This document shows positions 55,065 through 64,000 of a stretch of DNA of 64,000 bases, one piece after another. A program made the position numbers and the translations under genes. The first letter of the stretch is position 1, and each line of letters starts with the position of its first letter. The DNA lies in NCBI GenBank assembly GCA_963664395.2, contig OY761159.2:1536001-1600000 (forward strand), given 5' to 3'. Source of the stretch: Candidatus Binatia bacterium (GTDB lineage: Bacteria > Desulfobacterota > Binatia > Bin18). The notes beneath the pieces are model-generated. The model was not told the origin of the DNA, ran no database searches, and worked only from the letters and a program-made list of their open reading frames with translations.

Positions 55065-57491
55065 CTAACGATACATCTCGACCAGTTCGATCATGCCGAA
55101 ATCTTTGAGTGCGGAAAACAGGCGGCCTTTCACCTCGCGCGCCGTCCCTAGTTGAATAACCTCCTCGGTGAGGGAGTGTGCGTCCGTATAGGAGAGCGAG
55201 CGAATGAGACGTTTGATAACCGGGACAAAGAAAGGCTCCATACTGAGCTCATCCAACCCGAGACCAAGCAGCAAGAGCGTACACAGCGGGTCGGAGGCCA
55301 TTTCTCCACACATACTGACCCGTTTGCCGGCGCGTTGCGCGGCTTGGACGGTTGCGGCGATGGCATTCAAGACAGCCGGATGAAGAGGCTCGTAGAGAGA
55401 AGCGACCTTACGGTTGTTCCGGTCCACCGCAAGGAGATACTGAATGAGGTCATTCGTCCCAATACTAAAGAAGTCAACCTCCTGGGCGAGCCGACCGGCT
55501 AACCACACCGCGGCCGGTACCTCGACCATCATGCCGACCGGCATCCACGGGTCGAACGCTTTTCCCTCGTGTTGTAATTCATCCTTTGCCTGCGCCAGCA
55601 GGTTCTTGACTTGGAGCAGCTCTTCTACGCTTGAGATCATGGGAAACAAAATGCGGACCGGCCCCTGCGCACCGGTACGGAGAATAGCGCGCAGTTGCAC
55701 TTTAAAGAGGTCAGCCATCTCCAAAGAGATCCGAATCGAGCGCCAGCCCAAGAAAGGGTTATCTTCTTGGGGGAGCTTCATATAGTGGGGATATTTATCG
55801 GGTCCGAAATCCAAGGTCCGGATTGTCACTGGCTTCCCAGCCATGCCAGTCAAAACTCTTTGATACAGCGCCAACTGGGCTTCTTCGTCCGGGAAATCAC
55901 TATAGGTGAGAAACGGCACCTCGGTCCGGTACAGCCCAACGCCTTCCGCCCCATGGCGCTGGGCAAAGTCAACATCACTCAGCAAGCCAACATTGGCTGC
56001 GAGCGTAATACGCACTCCATCTTGCGTTTCCGCAGGGAGATCGTGGATCTCCTCAAGAGTCCGGTTAAACGCCCGATACTCACGGTCAAAGCGGCTATAC
56101 TCGCGCACGACTTCGGCGCCAGGATTGACATAGGCCACCCCGGCATTCCCGTCCACGATCACCGCATCGCCCGGCTGGATAAAGGCGGCGTGCTCGACGC
56201 CAACAACGGTTGGAATTTCAAAGGACTTGGCCAGAATAGAAGTATGGGAGGTTGCTCCGCCGTTGGCGAGGACCACACCTTTCAGCTGACTGTGATCCAC
56301 TCGGCAGAGGTCAGACAGAGAGAGATCGTCCGCAACGAGAATGAGATTCTCCCCTTTTGGCCCGCTCTTCTCCTCCAGGCCGAGCAGATGGCGGAGTACC
56401 CGCTGGCCAATATCCCGCACGTCGGCTGCCCGGTCACGCAGGTGCCCACCCCCTTCCAGGGTCTCTACATAGCCTTCCGTTACCTTCTTGAGAGCGGTAT
56501 CTGCGGCATAGCCGTGTTGGATATGAGTTTCAATCTTTTCGATAAACGCGACGTCTTCCAGCATCATACGATGGACATCAAAAATCGCCCGGTCGATCTC
56601 TGGCAGACGCTCCTGGACTTGTTCTTTGAGTGCCTCAATTTCCCGAACCGACTGCGCAAGGGCGACGTGGAGGCGCTGGAGCTCGGCGTCTGGATTTTCC
56701 GCACGACGCTCTTCAATCGCGTCAAGACGAACAAGGGGATGGACCAGGTGAGCTTGACCGGAACCGATCCCAGGCGAAGCACTGACTCCGGTGAGCCGCA
56801 AACGGCTCGTGCGCCCCTTCGTCTGTGTTTGCTGTGCCCGCTTGCGCTCATAGGCGCTCGGGCGTTGAATGGCCGCCAACATGCGTGCCCGATAATCCTG
56901 ACGCTCTCGCTCTTTTGTTTTGAGTGATTCCTGCAACCGGGCTTGCACAATGACGCCCGCAACCTGGGTTGCAATCCTTTTGAGCAAACGGACCTCTGTC
57001 CGAGGAAAACGGCGGCGACTCCGACTCTGGACTATGAGTGCGCCCAGCACGTTGCCCTTTTCGCTTATCGGAATACCCAAAAATGAATGGAATCGCTCCT
57101 CTCCGGTTTCCGGAAAGTATTTATTCCGTTCGTGCGTCATCGCATCAGGGACGACAACGGCTTCCCTGGTTTCAATCACGAGACCCGTCAGCCCCTCATG
57201 TTTGTCCAGGCTGACTTTCCCAACCGCCGTCCGGTCCAAACCCGTCGTTGCCCAGAGAGTAAGCCGTTCCCCTTTGGTATCTAGGAGATACAGCGAACAG
57301 ACATCGGTCCCCATTCGCTGGGTAATAATCTTTGTAATTTCCTGAAGCGTGGCTTGTAAGTCGTGAGAGCGAGAGAAGAGGGCGTCAATATCTTCGAGCA
57401 GGTGCATACTGTGCTGCTGTGCAGACTGAGGTTCTGGCCGTACCGGCCCCTCGGTCCGTTTTTTCGCAGCAGTTTTTGGAGATCCATTCAT
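55065..57491 (-). CDS. ptsP: GAF-domain PEP-protein phosphotransferase (EI-Ntr)
   Basis: N-terminal GAF; TSHTSILA, GVGLYRTE, NPFLGWRSIR, SIGTNDL, MCGEMA. Confidence 0.93.
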   Translation of the reverse strand: MNGSPKTAAKKRTEGPVRPEPQSAQQHSMHLLEDIDALFSRSHDLQATLQEITKIITQRMGTDVCSLYLLDTKGERLTLWATTGLDRTAVGKVSLDKHEGLTGLVIETREAVVVPDAMTHERNKYFPETGEERFHSFLGIPISEKGNVLGALIVQSRSRRRFPRTEVRLLKRIATQVAGVIVQARLQESLKTKERERQDYRARMLAAIQRPSAYERKRAQQTQTKGRTSRLRLTGVSASPGIGSGQAHLVHPLVRLDAIEERRAENPDAELQRLHVALAQSVREIEALKEQVQERLPEIDRAIFDVHRMMLEDVAFIEKIETHIQHGYAADTALKKVTEGYVETLEGGGHLRDRAADVRDIGQRVLRHLLGLEEKSGPKGENLILVADDLSLSDLCRVDHSQLKGVVLANGGATSHTSILAKSFEIPTVVGVEHAAFIQPGDAVIVDGNAGVAYVNPGAEVVREYSRFDREYRAFNRTLEEIHDLPAETQDGVRITLAANVGLLSDVDFAQRHGAEGVGLYRTEVPFLTYSDFPDEEAQLALYQRVLTGMAGKPVTIRTLDFGPDKYPHYMKLPQEDNPFLGWRSIRISLEMADLFKVQLRAILRTGAQGPVRILFPMISSVEELLQVKNLLAQAKDELQHEGKAFDPWMPVGMMVEVPAAVWLAGRLAQEVDFFSIGTNDLIQYLLAVDRNNRKVASLYEPLHPAVLNAIAATVQAAQRAGKRVSMCGEMASDPLCTLLLLGLGLDELSMEPFFVPVIKRLIRSLSYTDAHSLTEEVIQLGTAREVKGRLFSALKDFGMIELVEMYR

Positions 57492-57606
57492 AAGGCAAGG
57501 AGCCGTATTATATCTGAGGCCCCAGCAGGCCACAAGGCACGGATACCCCGCAGACCCGAGTCTGGCAGGGGATGTATTCCACAAAACCCGAATAGGCGCA
57601 GTCGGC

Positions 57607-58392
57607 TTACAGATCAACTTGATGATTCAGAGGAGCATGCCCATGCCCAATCCGGAACCCCGCGGCGATCGCACGAGTCACAAAGTCTTTCGCATGGGCG
57701 ATCGCCTCCTCGACCGTTTCGCCTTTGGCCAGCTCGGCCGCGATCGCGGCCGAGAAGGTGCACCCAGCTCCATGCGTACAGACCGTTTCCATTTTCTGGC
57801 AGGAGTAGGCCCGAAAAGTGCTTCCGTCGAACAAAAGATCACAGGCATCTTCTTCGAGATGCCCGCCTTTCACCACAACATAGGCGGGCCCTAATGTTTT
57901 GATGCGGCGGGCCGCCTCTTCCATATCAGGCCGCTGGGTAACTTCCATGCCGGACAGCAGGCCGGCTTCATGCAGATTTGGTGTCACAACAAACGCCAAC
58001 GGGAGCAGTTTCTCGGTCAGTGTCTGGCGGGCGTCCGCTTGGAGAAGAGCGTGGCCCCCTTTGGCGACCATAACAGGGTCAACGACCAGCTTCCGGATGC
58101 CATACTCTTCTATCTTGCGACTCACCACCTCGACGAGGGGAATGGAGGACAGCATGCCAGTCTTCGCTGCCTGGATTTGCATATCGCCGAACACACTATC
58201 GAACTCTTGCCCGACAAAATCGGGCGGGAGCTCGACAACAGCCTGGACGCCCAGCGTGTTTTGGGCAGTCACCGCGGTCAGCACACTCAGGCCATACACA
58301 CCGCGCGCCATAAAGGTTTTGAGATCGGCCTGAATACCAGCCCCGCCGCCACTATCTGACCCGGCAATGGTTAAGGCTTTTGGGCGTGTCAT
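57607..58392 (-). CDS. thiD: Hydroxymethylpyrimidine/phosphomethylpyrimidine kinase
   Basis: IAGSDSGGGAGIQADLKT, VDPVMVAKGG, THGAGCTFS. Confidence 0.97.
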   Translation of the reverse strand: MTRPKALTIAGSDSGGGAGIQADLKTFMARGVYGLSVLTAVTAQNTLGVQAVVELPPDFVGQEFDSVFGDMQIQAAKTGMLSSIPLVEVVSRKIEEYGIRKLVVDPVMVAKGGHALLQADARQTLTEKLLPLAFVVTPNLHEAGLLSGMEVTQRPDMEEAARRIKTLGPAYVVVKGGHLEEDACDLLFDGSTFRAYSCQKMETVCTHGAGCTFSAAIAAELAKGETVEEAIAHAKDFVTRAIAAGFRIGHGHAPLNHQVDL

Positions 58393-58431
58393 AACCTCAG
58401 TGTCTCGTACGCACCGGTCGAAAGGTGGAGT

Positions 58432-59109
58432 CTATGGGAACACGCGCAGATCGCCAGTGTTCAGCCCTTGGCCAGTGGAATACCGTCCTGCTTTGAGTTC
58501 ATCAATAAGCTCTCGCGTGGTTGAGAGGGGACGCTCAAAAATTGTGACCGCACAGCCGATTGAAGAGGCCGAGTGGCTGTCGCTGCCTCCAATTCGCTTG
58601 TAGCCACCATGCTCGGCAACAGCCTGGGCGTACCGGTTTTCTTCTTCTGAGCAGGCACCGTTCACCACCTCAATGGCGTCTACATACTCCAGCACTTCAA
58701 GTGCTTTGCTCCCGGACGTAGGATCGGCCCGGTCTATGGGATCGGTTTTATGGATAAACTGGAAGCGTGGATCGAGCTTGTAGCGAAACGGGTGGTTGGC
58801 AATCAGAAAGCCGTCCACCTCATCGATAATGCGGCGTAACTCTTTGACCTTATAGATACCGCCGACATAGCAGTCGAGGCCAAAGGTTCCCACATGGCCC
58901 CATTCGGTCGTGACCTCAATCCCCAGAAATAAGGTCACCCCGCGGGCACGGGCGTACTCTGCAAGGTCCGGGTCCGTCCAGGCATTGTCGTGCTCGGTGA
59001 CGCAAATCCCCTCTAAGCCGATGGTGTGCGCCTGGTCGATCATCAGCACGGGATCAAGGTTGCTGTCGGAGCTGCCGCGGGTGGTATGAACGTGGAAATC
59101 AATACGCAT
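58432..59109 (-). CDS. PHP-domain metal-dependent phosphoesterase
   Basis: DFHVHT, VTEHD, GIEVTT, NHPFR, GGSDSH. Confidence 0.9.
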   Translation of the reverse strand: MRIDFHVHTTRGSSDSNLDPVLMIDQAHTIGLEGICVTEHDNAWTDPDLAEYARARGVTLFLGIEVTTEWGHVGTFGLDCYVGGIYKVKELRRIIDEVDGFLIANHPFRYKLDPRFQFIHKTDPIDRADPTSGSKALEVLEYVDAIEVVNGACSEEENRYAQAVAEHGGYKRIGGSDSHSASSIGCAVTIFERPLSTTRELIDELKAGRYSTGQGLNTGDLRVFP

Positions 59110-59306
59110 GGTTGGTGGTACGCTCCCGTTTCGTAGGCCGCCTTTCTATACCGTCTTCTGCATACGCAGGCAAGAGTGCGAGTCGGCGTCTCCATTCAGA
59201 CCTGGCTCGACTTTCTCATTCGATTCCTTTGTTCTCTGCCCGGCCTATGCTACAGTCCGTCTACCTCAGCTCTGTCACCAGAGCTATTCTAGCAGGAGGG
59301 GAAGCT

Positions 59307-60524
59307 ATGAAGCGACCGTTAGACGGCGTCCGCATTATTGACTGGACGATTTGGCAACAAGGGCCGGTCTCAACCATGATGTTGGCGGACCTGGGTGCTG
59401 AGGTCATCAAGATCGAAGAACGAGTCGGAGGTGACCCGGGCCGGGGAGTGCTCAGCATTGCCGGGGCCTTAGTTGGGGCGACGAGTGGCCCGAATTTCTA
59501 TTTCGAGGCCAATAACCGGCATAAGCAGAGTCTCACCCTCGATCTCAAAAACCCCAAGGCCACAGAGATTGTCTACAAATTGGCTGAGAAGTCGGATGTC
59601 TTTGTCCAGAACTTTCGGAAAGGCGTGGCAGACAAGCTGGGGATCGGCTACGAGACGCTCTCCGAGCGCAACCCGCAGCTCATCTACGCCAGCGCCAGCG
59701 GCTACGGTCCGTTCGGTCCGGATTCCGGTGAGCCGTCCTTTGACTATATGGGGCTGGCGCGCTCGGGCATCATGACCGCGGTTGGTGAGCCCGATATGGA
59801 ACCCCTCAGCATTGCCGGCGGCATCGCCGATCAGATGGGCGCCATCATGTTGGCCTATGGCGTCATGGCCGCCCTGCTGGCGCGCGAAAAATATGGCATG
59901 GGTCAGGAGGTCGATATCTCTCATCTGGGCAGCATGACGGCGCTCCAGGGGCTCAACGTGGCGTGTAAAACAATTTTAGGCAAGGAGTTTAAGCGTATAC
60001 CACGCGCCGCCGCGCCGAGCCCGCTGTGGAACCATTACAAATGCGGCGATGACAAGTGGATCTGTCTGGCCATGCCGCAACAGGAGCGATACTGGGCTGA
60101 TTTCTGCAAGGTCCTGGGCATTGAGCAGGTCATAGACGACCCTCGCTTTGCCACCATGGGCGACCGGGCCGACAACGCAAAAGACTTGATTCCTATTCTG
60201 GACGCCGCGTTTGCCTCTCAGCCCCGAGACGCCTGGATGAAAGCGCTCAAGGAGGGGGGCGATTTCATTTACACTGTGGTCAACAATATTGCGGACCTGC
60301 CCACTGACGAACAAATGCTCGCCAACGAGTATATTGTCGATTACGATCATCCGCGCATCGGCAAGACGCAGCTGGTCGGCGTCCCTGTCCGCCTGAGCAA
60401 AACCCCGGGCGATCCCAAAGGTGCGGCCCCGGAATTTGGCGAGCACACCGAACTCATTCTCACCGAGCTGCTCGACTATTCGTGGGAGGATGTGGCACAG
60501 CTCAGAGAAGAGGAAGTGATTTAA
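59307..60524 (+). CDS. CoA-transferase family III
   Basis: PLDGVRIID, LADLGAEVIKIE, DVFVQNFR, SGYGPFGP, APEFGEHT. Confidence 0.95.
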   Translation: MKRPLDGVRIIDWTIWQQGPVSTMMLADLGAEVIKIEERVGGDPGRGVLSIAGALVGATSGPNFYFEANNRHKQSLTLDLKNPKATEIVYKLAEKSDVFVQNFRKGVADKLGIGYETLSERNPQLIYASASGYGPFGPDSGEPSFDYMGLARSGIMTAVGEPDMEPLSIAGGIADQMGAIMLAYGVMAALLAREKYGMGQEVDISHLGSMTALQGLNVACKTILGKEFKRIPRAAAPSPLWNHYKCGDDKWICLAMPQQERYWADFCKVLGIEQVIDDPRFATMGDRADNAKDLIPILDAAFASQPRDAWMKALKEGGDFIYTVVNNIADLPTDEQMLANEYIVDYDHPRIGKTQLVGVPVRLSKTPGDPKGAAPEFGEHTELILTELLDYSWEDVAQLREEEVI

Positions 60525-60599
60525 TGAGGGAATTGGGGATTAGGGGTTGGGTATTGGGAAAGCTCAGCCCCCAACCCCCAGCCCCTAGCGCAAAGCGCT

Positions 60600-61517
60600 A
60601 TGACCCATTCCTTTACCATCACGCCCAAAGCGCCCTACTCTTTTGATCTCACGGTCGCGCGCTTCATGCGTTTTGCGAGCGAGAACGTCGATTGTGTCGA
60701 AGGGAATCAATACCAACGCCTGCTCGCGGCCGGTCGTCAACTGGCGCTGGCTACGGTGACGAATGTCGGCACGGTGGCCAAGCCCCAGCTTGCAGTTGAG
60801 CTGCGCAGTCCGTCCAAGGCCGCCCTCAAGCAAGCGGAATTTCAAGCCCAGCTCCGTCATATCCTGTGTACCGACTTTGATCTCAGACCGTTTTATCGAT
60901 TGGCGCGCACAGATAACCTCCTGGCTCCACTCACCTCCGCCTTTCGAGGGCTTCGGATCACTGCCAGCCCAACAATTTTTGAAGCCCTGGTGATGGCCGT
61001 TCTCTCACAGCAGGTGAATCTCACCTTTGCCTATGCAATTAAGAAAGAACTGGTTGAAACGTTTGGCCGCAAGTGGCGACACCAGGGCCAGACGTATTAC
61101 GCATTTCCCGAGCCCCAGCGTTTTGCCACAGAATCTGAAGGCGGCCTGCGTCGTTTCCGCTTGAGCGGAGCAAAAGCGGCAACCCTCGTTCGTCTGGGTG
61201 AAGCGTTTGCCTCTCGGGCTTTGCAGCACAGCGAAATCGCTCAACTGCCAGACGAAGCAGCGATTGAAGCCCTGATTCAACTCAAAGGCATTGGCCGCTG
61301 GTCTGCCGAGACAGCGCTGATGCGCGGATTAGCCAGACCCGACGCGTTTCCGGGCGGTGACTTGGGCGTAGTCAAATATCTTGCCCAGGGCATGTTAGGC
61401 AAAAAAGAAAAGGCGACCGAAACCGAAATGCGCAACTTTGCCGAACGTTGGCGTCCGTATCGTGGGCTGGCTTTAGTCTATTGTTACGCAGAACTCGCCC
61501 GGCGGCAGGCCGTGTAG
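60600..61517 (+). CDS. alkA: DNA-3-methyladenine glycosylase II (HhH-GPD)
   Basis: FEALVMAVLSQQV, LKGIGRWSAE, DAFPGGDLG, WRPYR. Confidence 0.9.
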   Translation: MTHSFTITPKAPYSFDLTVARFMRFASENVDCVEGNQYQRLLAAGRQLALATVTNVGTVAKPQLAVELRSPSKAALKQAEFQAQLRHILCTDFDLRPFYRLARTDNLLAPLTSAFRGLRITASPTIFEALVMAVLSQQVNLTFAYAIKKELVETFGRKWRHQGQTYYAFPEPQRFATESEGGLRRFRLSGAKAATLVRLGEAFASRALQHSEIAQLPDEAAIEALIQLKGIGRWSAETALMRGLARPDAFPGGDLGVVKYLAQGMLGKKEKATETEMRNFAERWRPYRGLALVYCYAELARRQAV

Positions 61518-61568
61518 GGGCAGTTGCCCAAGTCAAGCAAGTAGGGCGGGTACAAGACCCGCCCCTCC
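61514..61568. repeat. GTAG-type REP-like palindromes between convergent alkA and fhs
   Basis: GTAGGGGCAGTTGCCC and GTAGGGCGGGTACAAGACCCGCCCCTCC. Confidence 0.65.
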
Positions 61569-61570
61569 GC

Positions 61571-63244
61571 TCAGAACATGCCCGAAATTTTGCCGTTCTC
61601 GTCCATCCGCATCCCGGCTGCCGCAGGTTTTGCGCCCAGGCCGGGCATGGTGAGCATGTCTCCGGTAAGCGGGACGCAGAAGCCGGCCCCGGCTGAGAGA
61701 CGAATTTCACGCACGCTCAGCACAAAGTCGCGTGGCCGGCCGTAGCGTTTTGGATCGTCGGACAGAGACATCTGCGTCTTGGCCATACAAATGGGCACAT
61801 GACCATAGCCCAGATCGTTAATGCGCTTGAGATCGTTGCGAGCGCGTTGCAGCAAAGTAATATCCGCCGCGCCGTAGACTTGTTGGGCAATGGTACGAAT
61901 CTTGTCTTCAATCGGCATTTCTGACGGGTACAGAAAACGCTGAACTGGAGCTGGTCCGTCGCAGGCTTGCACCACCGCTTCGGCCAACGCTGCCCCCCCT
62001 TCTCCCCCCTGGTCGAACACATCAATGACCGTTGCTTCTACGCCCAGGGCTTTACTTTCTTCTACGACCAACTGAAGCTCCTCTTCGGTATCGGTCGCAA
62101 ACCGATTCACCGCAACAATCGGCCGGAAGCCAAATGCGCCCAGACTCTCGACGTGTTTGGCCAGGTTCTCCATACCCTGCTTCAAGGTTGACAGGTCAGG
62201 CCTGTTCACATCTGCCACCGGCGTCCCGCCGTGCATTTTGAGCGCCTTGACCGTTGCGACCAGGACCACCGCGGCGGGCCACAGGTCAGCCTCACGGCAT
62301 TTGATATTGAGGAATTTCTCTCCACCCAGATCAAACCCGAAGCCGGCTTCGGTCACCACATAATCGGCATAGCTCAGGGCGAGTCGCGTGGCGAGGATAC
62401 TGTTACAGCCATGGGCGATATTGCCAAATGGCCCAGCGTGGATGAAGGCCGGCACGCCTTCCACGGTCTGGACCAGGTTGGGCTTGAGGGCGTCTTTCAA
62501 AATAATGGCCATCGCCTCCGGCGCCTGAATCCGGTCCGCGGTGACAGCCTCCCCCTGGGACGAATAGCCCAGCACAATACGCGACAGACGCTGAATAAGA
62601 TCCGTGGGCCCACTCGTCAGAGCCAGAATAGCCATGACTTCCGATGCAGCGGTAATATCAAAGCCTTCTTCGCGCGGGATGCCCATGAGCCGCCCGCCGA
62701 GGCCCATCACAATCTGGCGCAACGCGCGGTCATTCATGTCCATGACGCGCCGCCAGCGAATCTGACGCACATCCAAATCCACCGTGCGGTGAAACATGGC
62801 GGCATCCAGCATGGCCGACAGCAGATTGTGCGCAGAGCTGACGGCGTGAATGTCGCCGGTGAAATGCAGGTTAATATCCTCCATGGGCAGCACTTGTGAG
62901 CGACCCCCTCCACAGCCTCCACCTTTCACCCCAAACACCGGCCCCATTGAGGGTTCACGCACCGCCACTGCCACTTTTTTACCAAGGCGGGTCAGCGCTT
63001 GGCCCAGTCCAATCGTCGTGGTTGTCTTGCCTTCGCCGGCCGGGGTGGGGTTAATGGCAGAAACAAGAATCAGCTTGGCCTGGGTCTGAGCAGGTGCAGA
63101 AGAGAGCGCCTCAAGCGCAATTTTCGCCTTCACGCGACCATAGGGCTCAAGGTGTTCCGGCGCTAACGATAGCTGAGCGGCAATCTCTTCGATCGGCTTC
63201 AAGCGAACGGACTGGGCAACGGCAAGGTTTTGGTCTCGGCTCAT
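61571..63244 (-). CDS. fhs: Formate-tetrahydrofolate ligase
   Basis: PTPAGEGKTTT, NLHFTGD, GFDITAASE, GPFGNIAHG, PICMAKTQ, TMPGL. Confidence 0.98.
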   Translation of the reverse strand: MSRDQNLAVAQSVRLKPIEEIAAQLSLAPEHLEPYGRVKAKIALEALSSAPAQTQAKLILVSAINPTPAGEGKTTTTIGLGQALTRLGKKVAVAVREPSMGPVFGVKGGGCGGGRSQVLPMEDINLHFTGDIHAVSSAHNLLSAMLDAAMFHRTVDLDVRQIRWRRVMDMNDRALRQIVMGLGGRLMGIPREEGFDITAASEVMAILALTSGPTDLIQRLSRIVLGYSSQGEAVTADRIQAPEAMAIILKDALKPNLVQTVEGVPAFIHAGPFGNIAHGCNSILATRLALSYADYVVTEAGFGFDLGGEKFLNIKCREADLWPAAVVLVATVKALKMHGGTPVADVNRPDLSTLKQGMENLAKHVESLGAFGFRPIVAVNRFATDTEEELQLVVEESKALGVEATVIDVFDQGGEGGAALAEAVVQACDGPAPVQRFLYPSEMPIEDKIRTIAQQVYGAADITLLQRARNDLKRINDLGYGHVPICMAKTQMSLSDDPKRYGRPRDFVLSVREIRLSAGAGFCVPLTGDMLTMPGLGAKPAAAGMRMDENGKISGMF

Positions 63245-63264
63245 TCGTACGATTTCCTTTCCCC

Positions 63265-63290
63265 GTAGCAGGTTTGAAACCTGCCCCTCC
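63265..63290. repeat. REP-like palindrome upstream of fhs
   Basis: GCAGGTTTGAAACCTGCCCCTCC, related to the 61541 element. Confidence 0.6.
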
Positions 63291-63401
63291 GGGAGATGCA
63301 ATCTTATACAAAATCAATGCATTCGCCTATCACAAACGGCTGGGGCAGCTCCTGACCATCGGGACCCATCATGCTATGGATACCACAGCGAAGGAGTTGG
63401 C

Positions 63402-64000
63402 ATGGCAGAAGACTCAGCCTCTGGTCGTCGTTTACTGAATTTCGCACTCAGCCTGGTGGTGAGTGGGGGCTTTCTGTATCTCGCGTTTCGCAACGTGCAG
63501 CTTGACGAATTGGGAGCAGCACTCGGACGGGTGAATGGCGGCTGGCTGTGTATTGCCGTCGTCGTCAGTCTGTTCATCATGGTGTTGCGCGCCTGGCGCT
63601 GGCAACTTGAACTCCGCCCGCTCGAACATGTTCCGGTTGGCCGTCTGTGGGTCGTGACCTCGGTCGCCTATATGGCCATCAATCTGCTTCCGGTGCGTCT
63701 GGGCGAAGTCGTCCGCCCCTGGCTCTTAGCCCGTCGCTCTCAGGTGTCAATCTCAAACGTCATCGGCAATCTGGTTGTAGAGAAGATGATGGATTCGATT
63801 TGCATCGTCTTGTATCTGCTGGCCGGCCTGCTGCTGATTGAAAGCCTGCCGGTGTGGGTCCGCCGCGGCGCTCTTATCCCGGCCGTGATTGCCGGAGTTT
63901 TCGTGGCTTTGGTCCTGCTGTTGTGGTGGAAAGGTGAGTCGTTTGTTGATCGCTGGGCGCTCCGCGTTCTCCCGGAGCGCTTGGGCGGTCGGGTGAAAAG
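63402..64000 (+). CDS. Lysylphosphatidylglycerol synthase TM / flippase-like protein (UPF0104), runs off the window
   Basis: Manual translation: MAEDSASGRR...LRAWRWQ...INLLPVRLGEVVR...LVVEKMMD; SD AAGGAG. Confidence 0.85.
   Translation, partial: MAEDSASGRRLLNFALSLVVSGGFLYLAFRNVQLDELGAALGRVNGGWLCIAVVVSLFIMVLRAWRWQLELRPLEHVPVGRLWVVTSVAYMAINLLPVRLGEVVRPWLLARRSQVSISNVIGNLVVEKMMDSICIVLYLLAGLLLIESLPVWVRRGALIPAVIAGVFVALVLLLWWKGESFVDRWALRVLPERLGGRVK

Noticed and set aside
55695-56927. 410-aa plus-strand ORF
   Set aside because: Antisense shadow of ptsP.
1-64000. tRNA, rRNA, IS transposase or prophage genes
   Set aside because: None recognised by eye; tRNAscan or Rfam would be needed to exclude RNA genes fully.

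Overview
GC-rich bacterial chromosomal window. The gene content (type III CoA-transferases, LLM oxidoreductase, DUF1302/DUF1329/RND/YCF48 cluster, PtsP, Fhs) suggests a deltaproteobacteria-like lineage such as Binatia; this is inference only. Most of the window is housekeeping. A DNA uptake/repair block (ferredoxin fusion-addB-addA-argA, divergent from comEA-uvrC-comEC; comM later) is followed by an ABC exporter plus hydrophobic-compound uptake cluster, acyl-CoA enzymes, msrP, hsp20, a FimB-like recombinase, queE, HU, ptsP, thiD, alkA and fhs. Two accessory stretches stand out. (1) 0.7-2.8 kb is a decayed defence islet: an internal fragment of an Mks/Wadjet SMC subunit joined to a truncated JetD-like Toprim gene, a lone 37-nt CRISPR-like repeat and a small pseudogene. 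(2) 32.9-41.7 kb holds two tandem ~1320-aa secreted proteins that share a duplicated upstream region, signal peptide, paired N-terminal domain and linker. Each carries a different array of seven PPC-like repeats with a fixed framework and four hypervariable, often aromatic-rich loops; this is the best candidate for an undescribed system. Other oddities are an apparently inactive AddA nuclease motif, many in-frame VNTRs in addAB and comEA, a poly-A frameshift in a DUF790 gene and several REP-like palindromes. All family assignments come from motif recognition, without database searches.
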